Shown: positions 26,764 to 35,282 of the stretch, in pieces
Numbering within the stretch: the stretch's first letter is position 1
Layout of the letters: the number at the start of each line of letters is the position of its first letter
Source of the DNA: Patescibacteria group bacterium
GTDB taxonomy: Bacteria; Patescibacteriota; Microgenomatia; JBGSIU01
DNA length: 61,227 nt
Assembly (NCBI GenBank): GCA_041742375.1
Contig: JBGSIU010000036.1
Location: 1-61,227, forward strand
Direction of reading: 5' to 3'
Notes under the pieces: model-generated
What the model was told of the DNA's origin: nothing
Database searches by the model: none
The model's input: only the letters and a program-made list of their open reading frames with translations
Made by a program: the position numbers and the translations under genes

Positions 26764-26843
26764 GTCATCCCAGATGAGGCTAACGACCTCAGTCTGGGAT
26801 CCAGAACACTGAGCCTGGATTCCCGCTCGGAGGCGGGAATGAC
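26764..26843. repeat. pair of inverted GTCATCC/GTCATTCC hairpin elements between rmlB and rmlD
   Basis: gtcatcccaga-tgaggctaacgacctca-gtctgggatccag is followed by the inverted copy ctggattcccgc-tcggag-gcgggaatgac. The last ATG is the rmlD start. Confidence 0.85.
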
Positions 26844-27753
26844 AAGGAGTTGTTGTTTTAGAAATTTATATATAAATATTTTAGCAACTGGTCTTTCTGG
26901 TTTAGTCGGCACCAGAATTAAGGAATTACTTCAAGATAAATATTCTTTCACCGATCTTTCTTTTTCAACAGGTGTTGATATCACAGATGAAAAAAAAGTA
27001 AGCGAAGCTTTTTCGAAAAGTGATGCCCAATGGGTTTTACACCTGGCGGCCTTGGCCGATGTTGATAAATGCGAGACTGAAAAAGAATTGGCTTATAAAA
27101 TTAATGTTTTAGGAACGAGAAATATTGCCCAGGCATGCAAAAAATTCAATAAAAAAATAATTCATATTTCAACTGATTTTGTTTTTTCTGGAGATGAATC
27201 GTCTGAATATTTTGAAGATAGTAAAAGAAAGTCATGTAATTATTATGCCGAAACAAAGATATTGGCGGAAGACGAGGTTATGAAAACTCTAGACAAAAAA
27301 AATTGGATAATCCTGCGAATCGCGCATCCATATAAAAAATTAGTTGAAGATGAACCAAAAAAATCGTTTTTCCAACGAATGTATGAGGTGTTAAAGAATG
27401 ATCAAGAATTAAAAGCGATTGAAGATTTTTACTCTCATCCCACATTTATTGACGATATTGCAAATTCCATAGATAAGCTGATAAAATTGAACTTTTCTGG
27501 TATATATCATTGTGTTGGAGATTCTTTTTTAAGCGGAGCGGAAGAAGCGGAAATAATTTGCGAAGTTTTTAATTTTGATAAAAGCCTGATTAAAAAGATA
27601 AAACTTAATAAGTTTTTTGAAGGGCGGGCAAAAAGGCCGCATCAGTTGAACTTAAATAATGATAAAATAAAAAAAGCAACGGGAATAAAATTGCATTCAT
27701 TTCGGGAAGGGCTGTTGCAGATTAGAGAGCAAATGAAAAAAATTAATTTCTAA
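26839..27753 (+). CDS. rmlD: dTDP-4-dehydrorhamnose reductase-like SDR
   Basis: ILATGLSGLVG, HLAALADVDKCE, HISTDFVFSG and YAETKILAE match the RmlD pattern. The only canonical start is the ATG inside the upstream GC hairpin. Confidence 0.75.
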   Translation: MTRSCCFRNLYINILATGLSGLVGTRIKELLQDKYSFTDLSFSTGVDITDEKKVSEAFSKSDAQWVLHLAALADVDKCETEKELAYKINVLGTRNIAQACKKFNKKIIHISTDFVFSGDESSEYFEDSKRKSCNYYAETKILAEDEVMKTLDKKNWIILRIAHPYKKLVEDEPKKSFFQRMYEVLKNDQELKAIEDFYSHPTFIDDIANSIDKLIKLNFSGIYHCVGDSFLSGAEEAEIICEVFNFDKSLIKKIKLNKFFEGRAKRPHQLNLNNDKIKKATGIKLHSFREGLLQIREQMKKINF

Positions 27754-27853
27754 TTTCTAATTTTTAATTTCTAAATAATGATTTAATTATTTAATTTTTT
27801 AACATTAAGTCATTAAAAATTGATTAAAAATTTAAAATTAAAAATTAAAAATT
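27742..27853. repeat. AT-rich hairpin with (AATTTCT)/(AAAAATT)-type arms bridging the rmlD stop and the ugd start
   Basis: The left arm aattaatttctaatttctaatttttaatttctaaat contains the rmlD TAA. The right arm cattaaaaattgattaaaaatttaaaattaaaaattaaaaatt ends 4 nt before the ugd ATG. Pairing is imperfect. Confidence 0.65.
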
Positions 27854-27857
27854 CGCG

Positions 27858-29150
27858 ATGATAATCGCGGTTATAGGTCATGGCTATGTTGGTTTAGTTT
27901 CGGCGGCGGTTTTTGCCGATCTTGGCAATACTGTTTGGTGTGTTGGCCGAGACCCTCAAAAAATTGCAAGATTAAACCAGGGAGAAACGCTTTTTTATGA
28001 GCCAGGTCTTTCCGAACTGGTAAAACGTAATCTCGCAGCCAATCGACTTAATTTCACACTTGATTATGCCCAAGCGGTAAAAGATGCTAGGGTGGTTTTT
28101 ATTTGCGTGGGGACACCGTCTTCGGAAACAGGGCATGCTGATTTAACCCAGGTTTTAAAAGTTGCGGAAAAAATTGGAGAATCAATTAAAAATAATGCGG
28201 TCGTGGTATGTAAAAGTACCGTACCTGTCGGAACTAATCGCAGGGTAGCTGAAATCATAAATTCTGTAAAAAAGAAAAATATTAAATTCTTTAGCGCTTC
28301 CTGTCCGGAATTCTTAAGAGAAGGTACGGCTCTTTCCGACACTCTCCATCCTGACCGAATCGTAATTGGGGCAGATTCAGAAGAGGCTTTTAAAGTTCTT
28401 ATTGAAGCACATAAGCCGATTGATGGCAAGCTGGTTTTAACTTCGATTGAAACCGCGGAGATGATTAAATACACGGCGAATTCATTTCTGGCGACGAAAA
28501 TTTCTTTTGCCAATGCCATTGCTGAGCTTTGTGAAAAAGTCGGGGCGGATGTGGAAAAAGTCATGGAAGGAATAGGGCTTGATAGGCGAATTGGCAGAAG
28601 ATTTTTATATCCCGGAGTAGGTTATGGCGGCAGTTGTTTCCCAAAAGATGTAAAAGCTTTAATTGCAATTGCAGAGGTGCACGGGTATAACTTTGAACTT
28701 TTAAAAGAAGTTGAAGCGATTAATAAACAAGCAGTTGCCAATTTTAATAATAAAATTAAAAAACACCTTAAAAGTCTGAAAGGAAAAAAAATAGCCGTTC
28801 TTGGGCTTGCATTTAAACCCGACACTGACGATATGAGAGAAGCTCCCTCGATTAAAATTATTAATTTCCTCCAAAAAGAAGGAGCGGAAATTTTTGCATA
28901 TGATCCAATTGCAAAGGAAACCGCTAGTCGCGTTCTCTCAAATACTCATTTTTGTGATGATATTTTTAACTGTGTGGAAAATAAGGATGCAGCAATTTTC
29001 ATCACAGAATGGAATGAGTTTAAACAGTTAGATTTGTTAGCTTTAAAGAAAAAATTAAAAACGCCGCTTGTTTTTGATGGGCGAAATATTTATGATCCGG
29101 AAAAAATGAGAAAAATGGGGTTTACTTATTATTCGGTTGGAAGGAAATAA
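27858..29150 (+). CDS. ugd: UDP-glucose 6-dehydrogenase
   Basis: IAVIGHGYVGLV, the catalytic GYGGSCFPKDV, and GLAFKPDTDDMREAP. Confidence 0.9.
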   Translation: MIIAVIGHGYVGLVSAAVFADLGNTVWCVGRDPQKIARLNQGETLFYEPGLSELVKRNLAANRLNFTLDYAQAVKDARVVFICVGTPSSETGHADLTQVLKVAEKIGESIKNNAVVVCKSTVPVGTNRRVAEIINSVKKKNIKFFSASCPEFLREGTALSDTLHPDRIVIGADSEEAFKVLIEAHKPIDGKLVLTSIETAEMIKYTANSFLATKISFANAIAELCEKVGADVEKVMEGIGLDRRIGRRFLYPGVGYGGSCFPKDVKALIAIAEVHGYNFELLKEVEAINKQAVANFNNKIKKHLKSLKGKKIAVLGLAFKPDTDDMREAPSIKIINFLQKEGAEIFAYDPIAKETASRVLSNTHFCDDIFNCVENKDAAIFITEWNEFKQLDLLALKKKLKTPLVFDGRNIYDPEKMRKMGFTYYSVGRK

Positions 29151-29153
29151 TAT

Positions 29154-29269
29154 GTAAAAAAATCAAAATGCAAAAATCAAAAGTCAAAATGACTGTTTAA
29201 AATGCAAAATTAAAGACGTTTTTTATTTTACATTGTCATTTTTCATTTTGAGTTTTACATTTTTAATTT
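29154..29269. repeat. AT-rich hairpin with (AAAATCA/AAAATGC)-type arms between ugd and the Gmd/Rmd-like gene
   Basis: gtaaaaaaatcaaaatgcaaaaatcaaaagtcaaaatgac pairs imperfectly with ttttattttacattgtcatttttcattttgagttttacatttttaattt. Confidence 0.6.
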
Positions 29270-29273
29270 ATTC

Positions 29274-30230
29274 ATGAAAAAGAAGGCATTAATAACCGGG
29301 ATTACCGGTTTTGTCGGTAGTCATCTTGCCGAGTTTCTTTTAAGCGAAGGGCTGGAAGTTTCTGGTACTAGCCGTTGGCGAAGCAAAATGGATAATGTGG
29401 AAAAGATAAAAGATCAAATACATCTTCACGAAGCCGATCTTCTTGATGCGCATTCGATCTACCAAATTATCGATGAAATTAAACCAGATTTTATTTTTCA
29501 TTTAGCTGCTCAATCATACGTTGTTTCAAGTTGGCAGTCGCCGGCAAACACAATTGAAGTTAACACAACAGGTACGATAAATCTTTTCGAGGCGGTAAGA
29601 AAAACGGAACTTAAATGCCCGGTTCAGATCGCTTGCTCTTCAGAAGAATACGGAAAAGTTTATCCAAATGAAGTTCCGATCAAAGAGACAAATCCTTTGC
29701 GCCCGCTTTCGCCATACGCTGTTTCAAAGCTAGCAATGGATTATTTAGGTTATCAGTATCATGAAAGTTACGGGATTAATATCATAAGGACAAGAGGATT
29801 TAACCACACTGGTCCTCGTCGCGGTGAAGTTTTTGCTGAAAGTACGTTTGCTAAACAAATTGCCGAAATTGAAAAAAAGAAGAAAGAACCAGTGGTTTTC
29901 GTTGGAAATCTAGAAGCAAAACGTGATTATACTGACGTTCGCGATATGGTTAAAGCATATTATTTGGCTGCGCAAAAATGTGAACCAGGGGAAGTATATA
30001 ACATTTGCACCGGCCGTGCATGGTCGATAGGCGATGTGCTTAAGCATCTTATTAAACTTTCAAAGGTTAAAATTCAAGTTAAAAAAGATCCCGCGCGTAT
30101 GCGGCCATCCGATGTACCGATACTTTTGGGAGACAATTCAAAATTTGTCGCCAAAACAGGTTGGAAACCAGAAATTCCGTTTGAAAAAACACTTGAAGAC
30201 TTATTAAATTATTGGCGAGAAAAAGTATAA
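29274..30230 (+). CDS. Gmd/Rmd-family SDR (GDP-mannose 4,6-dehydratase or GDP-4-keto-6-deoxymannose reductase-like)
   Basis: ITGITGFVGSHLAEFLL, SPYAVSKL, FNHTGPRRGEVF, GNLEAKRDYTDVRD and LLGDNSKFVAKTGWKPEI. At 318 aa it is the short form. Confidence 0.72.
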   Translation: MKKKALITGITGFVGSHLAEFLLSEGLEVSGTSRWRSKMDNVEKIKDQIHLHEADLLDAHSIYQIIDEIKPDFIFHLAAQSYVVSSWQSPANTIEVNTTGTINLFEAVRKTELKCPVQIACSSEEYGKVYPNEVPIKETNPLRPLSPYAVSKLAMDYLGYQYHESYGINIIRTRGFNHTGPRRGEVFAESTFAKQIAEIEKKKKEPVVFVGNLEAKRDYTDVRDMVKAYYLAAQKCEPGEVYNICTGRAWSIGDVLKHLIKLSKVKIQVKKDPARMRPSDVPILLGDNSKFVAKTGWKPEIPFEKTLEDLLNYWREKV

Positions 30231-30237
30231 CAAAAAT

Positions 30238-31176
30238 ATGCAAACGTGTTTAATTACAGGAGGCGCCGGGTTTATCGGGTCAAATTTGATTAAAAGGTTG
30301 CTAGACGACAATTATCGCGTAATTTGTTTGGACAACTTATTAACCGGTGATGAAAAAAACATTGAAGAATTTAGAAATCGCGATAACTTTCAGTTTATTA
30401 AACAAGATGTAATCAAGGATTTTGAATTAAAAGACAAAATTGATTATATTTTCCATTTTGCCTCGCCAGCATCGCCGGTCGATTATCAGAATTATCCGAT
30501 TGAAACGCTTCTTGTGAATTCTGTCGGAACAAAAAATTGCCTTGACCTTGCAGTACAAAATAATGCTGTAGTCATGTTTGCCTCAACATCGGAAGTATAC
30601 GGGGATCCAAAAGTTCACCCCCAGACGGAAACATATTGGGGCAACGTTAATCCGAATGGAGTTAGGAGCTGTTATGATGAAGCAAAAAGATTCGGCGAAA
30701 GCATTGTGACCGTTTATCAGCGAAAATTTAAGCTGATAACAAAAATAATTCGCATTTTTAATACTTATGGTCCCAAGATGCAGAAAGATGACGGTCGGGT
30801 AATTTCTAATTTTGTTAATCAGGCAATCAGGAATAAAGCAATAACTGTCAATGGCAGAGGTGAGCAAACGCGATCTTTTTGTTTTGTTGATGATTTGGTT
30901 GACGGAATAATGAAAATAATGTTTTCCAAAAAAACTGATAATCAGGTTATTAACCTAGGGAATCCTGACGAGTATACAATTTTTGACATAGCCAGAAAAA
31001 TTATCAAGCTTACAAATAGTAAATCCAAAATAGTTTTTAATCCCCTTCCCGCTGATGATCCGCAAAGAAGAAAACCAAACATATCAAAAGTTAAAGGTTT
31101 AGTAGGTTGGAATCCAAAAATATCTCTTCAGGAAGGGTTACTTAAAACTATAGAATACTTTAAGTCAATAAAATAA
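30238..31176 (+). CDS. UDP-glucuronate decarboxylase (UDP-xylose synthase-like)
   Basis: ITGGAGFIGSNL, ASTSEVYGDPKVHPQTETYWGNVNPNGVRSCYDEAKR and RIFNTYGP are typical UXS strings. Confidence 0.85.
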   Translation: MQTCLITGGAGFIGSNLIKRLLDDNYRVICLDNLLTGDEKNIEEFRNRDNFQFIKQDVIKDFELKDKIDYIFHFASPASPVDYQNYPIETLLVNSVGTKNCLDLAVQNNAVVMFASTSEVYGDPKVHPQTETYWGNVNPNGVRSCYDEAKRFGESIVTVYQRKFKLITKIIRIFNTYGPKMQKDDGRVISNFVNQAIRNKAITVNGRGEQTRSFCFVDDLVDGIMKIMFSKKTDNQVINLGNPDEYTIFDIARKIIKLTNSKSKIVFNPLPADDPQRRKPNISKVKGLVGWNPKISLQEGLLKTIEYFKSIK

Positions 31177-31182
31177 ATAAAG

Positions 31183-32295
31183 ATGAGAAAAGTTGTTATT
31201 CTTCTACCAACGTATAACGAAAAAGAAATAATTGAAACAACAATTGGTGAAGTCATAAAATATATTTCCAAAATTACTGATTTTAATATATGTGTTTTAA
31301 TCGTTGATAGCGTTTCTCCCGACGGGACGGGAAAAATCGTTGAAGAAATAAGTAAAAAGGACAATAGGGTGGAACTGCTTTCTGTTAAAGAAAGAGGATT
31401 AGGTTTAGGTTTGGTAAAAGGATATGAATATGCTTTTAATAAATTGGGTGCTGAAATTGTTCTTCAGATGGATGCTGATTTGCAGCATAATCCGGCTGAT
31501 ATCCCCAAATTGCTTGCCCCGTTTAATAAAGATTATGATTTTGTTCAAGGATCAAGATTTATTAAAGGAGGAGGGAACAATTTAGAGCCGCATCGGAGAT
31601 TTTTATCTTGGGCGGCAAATCTAACAGCAAGAATACTATTCGGTGCTTTAGGGATACATGAATTTACCACTTCTTTTCGCGCTTTCCGGAAAAGAGTCTG
31701 GCAAAAAATTGATTTTTCCCGTGTACCGCATCGCGGTAAAAGTTTTATTTTCCAACCTGCCTTTCTTCAGGCGGTTTTGCAGCAAAATATAAAAATTATT
31801 GAAGTGCCGATCATTTTCACCGACCGTCGTAAAGGTTATTCGAAAATGGATATGGTTCAATATTCATATGAACTTTTAAGATATGGTTTGAAAATTAGAA
31901 CAAAGATGCACGCTAAATTTATTAAGTTTTGTATCGTTGGAACAAGCGGAGCGCTAATCCAATCAATAATATATGGATTGTTTAAGGAAATTATTCATCC
32001 ATCTGGCGCAATTATGATTGGAGCGGAACTTGCCATTATTAACGGATTTATTTGGAATAACCGCTGGACTTATCGCGACCGGCAAATAATAGGAAATAAG
32101 ATGGGCAAATTTATTCAATATAATGTTGGGAGCTTAGGTTCTCTGGTAATTCAAGGCGCAACCGTTGGGATTGGTATAGCGATGTTCGGTCGAAGCCAAT
32201 TAACAGACTGGTTTTTTGCTTGTTTGGGGATAGGCATTGGTCTAATTTGGAATTTTGTATTTTATAGCAAAGTTGTATGGAAAAAAAATCAATAG
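31183..32295 (+). CDS. polyprenyl-phosphate sugar synthase-type GT2 (DPM1-like) fused to a GtrA-like membrane domain
   Basis: LLPTYNEKE...VDSVSPDGT...QMDADLQHNP...GSRF is followed by a 4-TM C-terminus containing FCIVGTSGALIQ...WNNRWTYRD. Confidence 0.8.
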   Translation: MRKVVILLPTYNEKEIIETTIGEVIKYISKITDFNICVLIVDSVSPDGTGKIVEEISKKDNRVELLSVKERGLGLGLVKGYEYAFNKLGAEIVLQMDADLQHNPADIPKLLAPFNKDYDFVQGSRFIKGGGNNLEPHRRFLSWAANLTARILFGALGIHEFTTSFRAFRKRVWQKIDFSRVPHRGKSFIFQPAFLQAVLQQNIKIIEVPIIFTDRRKGYSKMDMVQYSYELLRYGLKIRTKMHAKFIKFCIVGTSGALIQSIIYGLFKEIIHPSGAIMIGAELAIINGFIWNNRWTYRDRQIIGNKMGKFIQYNVGSLGSLVIQGATVGIGIAMFGRSQLTDWFFACLGIGIGLIWNFVFYSKVVWKKNQ

Positions 32296-33755
32296 CTCTC
32301 ACAAAAAATAAAAATCTATACCTTCTTATTCTACTAGCGATTACTTGCCTTGCCTTTTTTTTGCGGTTTTATAGGCTTCGCGATTATATTATTTTCCTTG
32401 GTGATCAGGGGCGTGATGTGTGGGTGGTGAAAAAAATGGTACTTGATGGAAAATTCACACTTCTTGGCCCGGTCGCGTCCGTCGGCGGATTTTATCTAGG
32501 GCCTCTTTATTATTATCTAATTACTCCGTTTTTAATCCTCGCTGGGTTTGATCCGATCGGTCCGGCGATTTTCATTGCTGGTCTTGGCGTGATTACCGTC
32601 GCAGTCATTTTTTTATTTGTCAAAAGTCAATTTTCATTAGGAGTTTCGGTAATAAGCGCTTTTTTATATGCAATTTCACCCATATTAATTGAATCTAATC
32701 GCTTCTCATGGAATCCCAATGCTGTTCCGTTTTTCTCGGTTTTGTTCTACATCTTTTTATTTTTTGGAATTACAAAATTAAAAATTAAGCACATTTTTAT
32801 TGCCGGTGTCCTCCTCGGCGTTTTGTTTCAGTTGCACTATCTCGCTTTTTTGTTTTTGCCCGCCACGCTAATCATTTTATTTTGGGAAAACAGAATAAAA
32901 ATAAAAGACGCATTGATTCTTTCCGTTTTTCTAATGCTGGGTCTTATTGTTGGTTGGTTGCCATTTATCATCTATGAGCTTCGTCATTCATTTCAAAATT
33001 TTTCAGGACTTTATTTTTTTATGACAAAAAGCGAAGCTAACACGGTGGGATTAGATTTTTCACATCTTGCGTCATCAATCAGAACTGATTCCGACCTCAT
33101 AATTTCCAATCTCTTTCATGTTCCAAGTATTATAAATTCATTAATGCGACTTAGTATTGCGTTCTATATTGCTGTTAATATTTTTTCAAAAAACAACGTT
33201 CGCCGTTTTTTGAGTTTGTTTGTCTTTTCTGTTTTTGCTGGTCTAGTTTTTTACAAGGGAAGAATGGAAGCTCACTATCTAAATATAATCTATGTATTCG
33301 TGATTATTATAATTGCCGATATATTAATTTATTTTTCAAAAATTCGTTATGCAATTCCCGTTGCCTGCTTATTGATAATTTGTTATTTTTCATACCCGAC
33401 ATATTTTTTTCATAGGTTGGCAAACAAGCAGCTTGATCAAACAATTGATATCTCCAGATTTATAATGGATAAGGTTGGTAAAGAAAAATTCAATTTTGCG
33501 TTAATAACAAAAACAAACAGCGATAACGCCTATCGCTATTTCTTTGATCTTTGGGGAAATGAATCTGTAGAGATAAAACCCGATGATAAGTCAAGCGTTG
33601 CAAGCGTTCTCTTTGTTCTTTGTGAACCATTGACCAAAGATTGTGATCCTATAAAAAATCCTCTTTGGGAAATCGTTGGATTTGGCCGCGCTAAAATTAT
33701 ACAAAAATGGGAAAGAGGGGTATATAAGCTTTATCGATTGGAACATATAAAATAA
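32277..33755 (+). CDS. polytopic GT-C-like glycosyltransferase (PMT/ArnT superfamily, divergent)
   Basis: 492 aa with more than 10 TM helices. The first loop is FLGDQGRDVWVVKKMVLDGKFTLLGP. It is paralogous to the partial ORF at 60337. Confidence 0.55.
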   Translation: MEKKSIALTKNKNLYLLILLAITCLAFFLRFYRLRDYIIFLGDQGRDVWVVKKMVLDGKFTLLGPVASVGGFYLGPLYYYLITPFLILAGFDPIGPAIFIAGLGVITVAVIFLFVKSQFSLGVSVISAFLYAISPILIESNRFSWNPNAVPFFSVLFYIFLFFGITKLKIKHIFIAGVLLGVLFQLHYLAFLFLPATLIILFWENRIKIKDALILSVFLMLGLIVGWLPFIIYELRHSFQNFSGLYFFMTKSEANTVGLDFSHLASSIRTDSDLIISNLFHVPSIINSLMRLSIAFYIAVNIFSKNNVRRFLSLFVFSVFAGLVFYKGRMEAHYLNIIYVFVIIIIADILIYFSKIRYAIPVACLLIICYFSYPTYFFHRLANKQLDQTIDISRFIMDKVGKEKFNFALITKTNSDNAYRYFFDLWGNESVEIKPDDKSSVASVLFVLCEPLTKDCDPIKNPLWEIVGFGRAKIIQKWERGVYKLYRLEHIK

Positions 33756-34511
33756 ATGAATACAAATATTTTTTTATCAATTATAATTCCTTGTTTTAAT
33801 GAAGAAAATAATTTAAAAAATCATTGCCTAGACAGTGTCATTGAGTATTTTAAAAATCAAGATTTCTTGTATGAGATTATTGTCATTAACGATGCTTCAA
33901 CAGATAAAAGTAAAAAAATTCTTGAAGCATATGAATATCGTCAAGAGATTAAGCTGATTAACAAAAACCATTCCTTTAAGGCAGGAACTGTTATTCGCGG
34001 AATTAGGGAAGCAAAAGGAGAATATATTCTTATGACAGATATGGACCAAGCGACGCCAATTGCAGAATTCGATAAATTTCTGCCATTATGCAGAAAAAAA
34101 AATGATATCGTCATAGGATCACGTAAAGATGAGAGACGGGGGGCGCCGATATCGAGAAAAATAATGGCTAAAGGATTTATTTTTCTTCGTAATTTAATTT
34201 TGGGACTCAACGAAATTAAGGACACGCAATGTGGGTTTAAAGTTTTTAAAAGAGAAGTTATTTTGAAGATCGTAAACAAATTAAAATTATTTATGGAAAG
34301 TAAAATTGTGAGCAAAACATCAAAGGTAACGGCGGGTTTTGATGTCGAAATCTTATTTTTAGCGAAAAAAATGGGGTATAAAATTATCGAAATTCCAGTT
34401 ATTTGGAACTATGTTGAAACAAGGAGGGTAAATCCACTCAGAGACTCGATAGAAGGTCTTTTAGATATGCTTAGAATTCGCTTATTTAATATTTTGAAAA
34501 AATATGATTGA
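33756..34511 (+). CDS. GT2 glycosyltransferase, dolichyl/polyprenyl-phosphate glucosyltransferase-like
   Basis: IIIPCFNEE, VINDASTDKS, TDMDQATP and GSRKDERRGAPISRK. Confidence 0.78.
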   Translation: MNTNIFLSIIIPCFNEENNLKNHCLDSVIEYFKNQDFLYEIIVINDASTDKSKKILEAYEYRQEIKLINKNHSFKAGTVIRGIREAKGEYILMTDMDQATPIAEFDKFLPLCRKKNDIVIGSRKDERRGAPISRKIMAKGFIFLRNLILGLNEIKDTQCGFKVFKREVILKIVNKLKLFMESKIVSKTSKVTAGFDVEILFLAKKMGYKIIEIPVIWNYVETRRVNPLRDSIEGLLDMLRIRLFNILKKYD

Positions 34512-35220
34512 CTTTGAAATTGTAATTCCGGTATATAACGAAGCAATTCAGTTGCCGGAGAGCATCCATAAGCTGGTTAAATTTTTAGAACTAAGCTTTA
34601 CCGATAAAAAATGGAGGATCACGATTTCCGATAATGCATCAATTGATAAGACGCCAGATGTGGCGCGCGCGTTGTGTTGTGAAGATAACCGAGTTAATTA
34701 TTTTCGTTTAGAGCAAAAAGGTAGAGGAAGAGCTTTGAAAAAGACATGGGAAAGATCCCAGGCAAAGGTAGTTTCCTACATGGATGTTGATTTGTCGACA
34801 CATATTAAACATATTCCTGAGCTTATCAACATACTTCTCCACGATCGATCTGATATTGCCATTGGTTCCCGGCTTTTACCGGGATCGCGTACCGTAAGAT
34901 GTTTAAAACGCGAAATAATATCGCGGTTATATAATTTGATTGTTAAAATTTTGCATCAAACAAAATTTTCTGATGCTCAGTGTGGTTTTAAAGCAATAAA
35001 AACAAATTTATTCAGAAAGATATTGCCTTTAATTAAAAATAACGAATGGTTTTTTGATAGCGAAATGTTAATCATCGGAGAAAAAATGGGATTTAAAATT
35101 CATGAAATTCCTGTTGAATGGAATGAAGACATGGGTTCAACCGTGAAAATCATCCCGACGGCTCTTGAGGATCTAAAAGGTTTATGGAGACTATATCGGG
35201 AAAAACCTTGGCGAAAATGA
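34504..35220 (+). CDS. GT2 glycosyltransferase, polyprenyl-phosphate sugar synthase-like
   Basis: VIPVYNEA, SDNASIDKT, YMDVDLSTH, GSRLLPGS and DAQCGFK. Confidence 0.78.
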   Translation: MIDFEIVIPVYNEAIQLPESIHKLVKFLELSFTDKKWRITISDNASIDKTPDVARALCCEDNRVNYFRLEQKGRGRALKKTWERSQAKVVSYMDVDLSTHIKHIPELINILLHDRSDIAIGSRLLPGSRTVRCLKREIISRLYNLIVKILHQTKFSDAQCGFKAIKTNLFRKILPLIKNNEWFFDSEMLIIGEKMGFKIHEIPVEWNEDMGSTVKIIPTALEDLKGLWRLYREKPWRK

Positions 35221-35228
35221 GTTCTATT

Positions 35229-35255
35229 GTCATTCCGGCGAAAGCAGGAATCTAT
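35229..35255. repeat. GTCATTCC-family hairpin element
   Basis: gtcattccggc-gaaa-gcaggaatctat, with one stem mismatch. It lies between the GT2 stop (35220) and the GT39-like start (35283). Confidence 0.75.
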
Positions 35256-35282
35256 ATTATATTTAAGTGTAGATTCTAGTTT

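Noticed and set aside
3041-29269. Regularly repeated short motifs in spacers could be CRISPR arrays.
   Set aside because: The units are 6-8 nt tandem repeats with no 25-40 nt unique spacers between 25-40 nt direct repeats. The arms are inverted relative to each other, and no cas genes are present.
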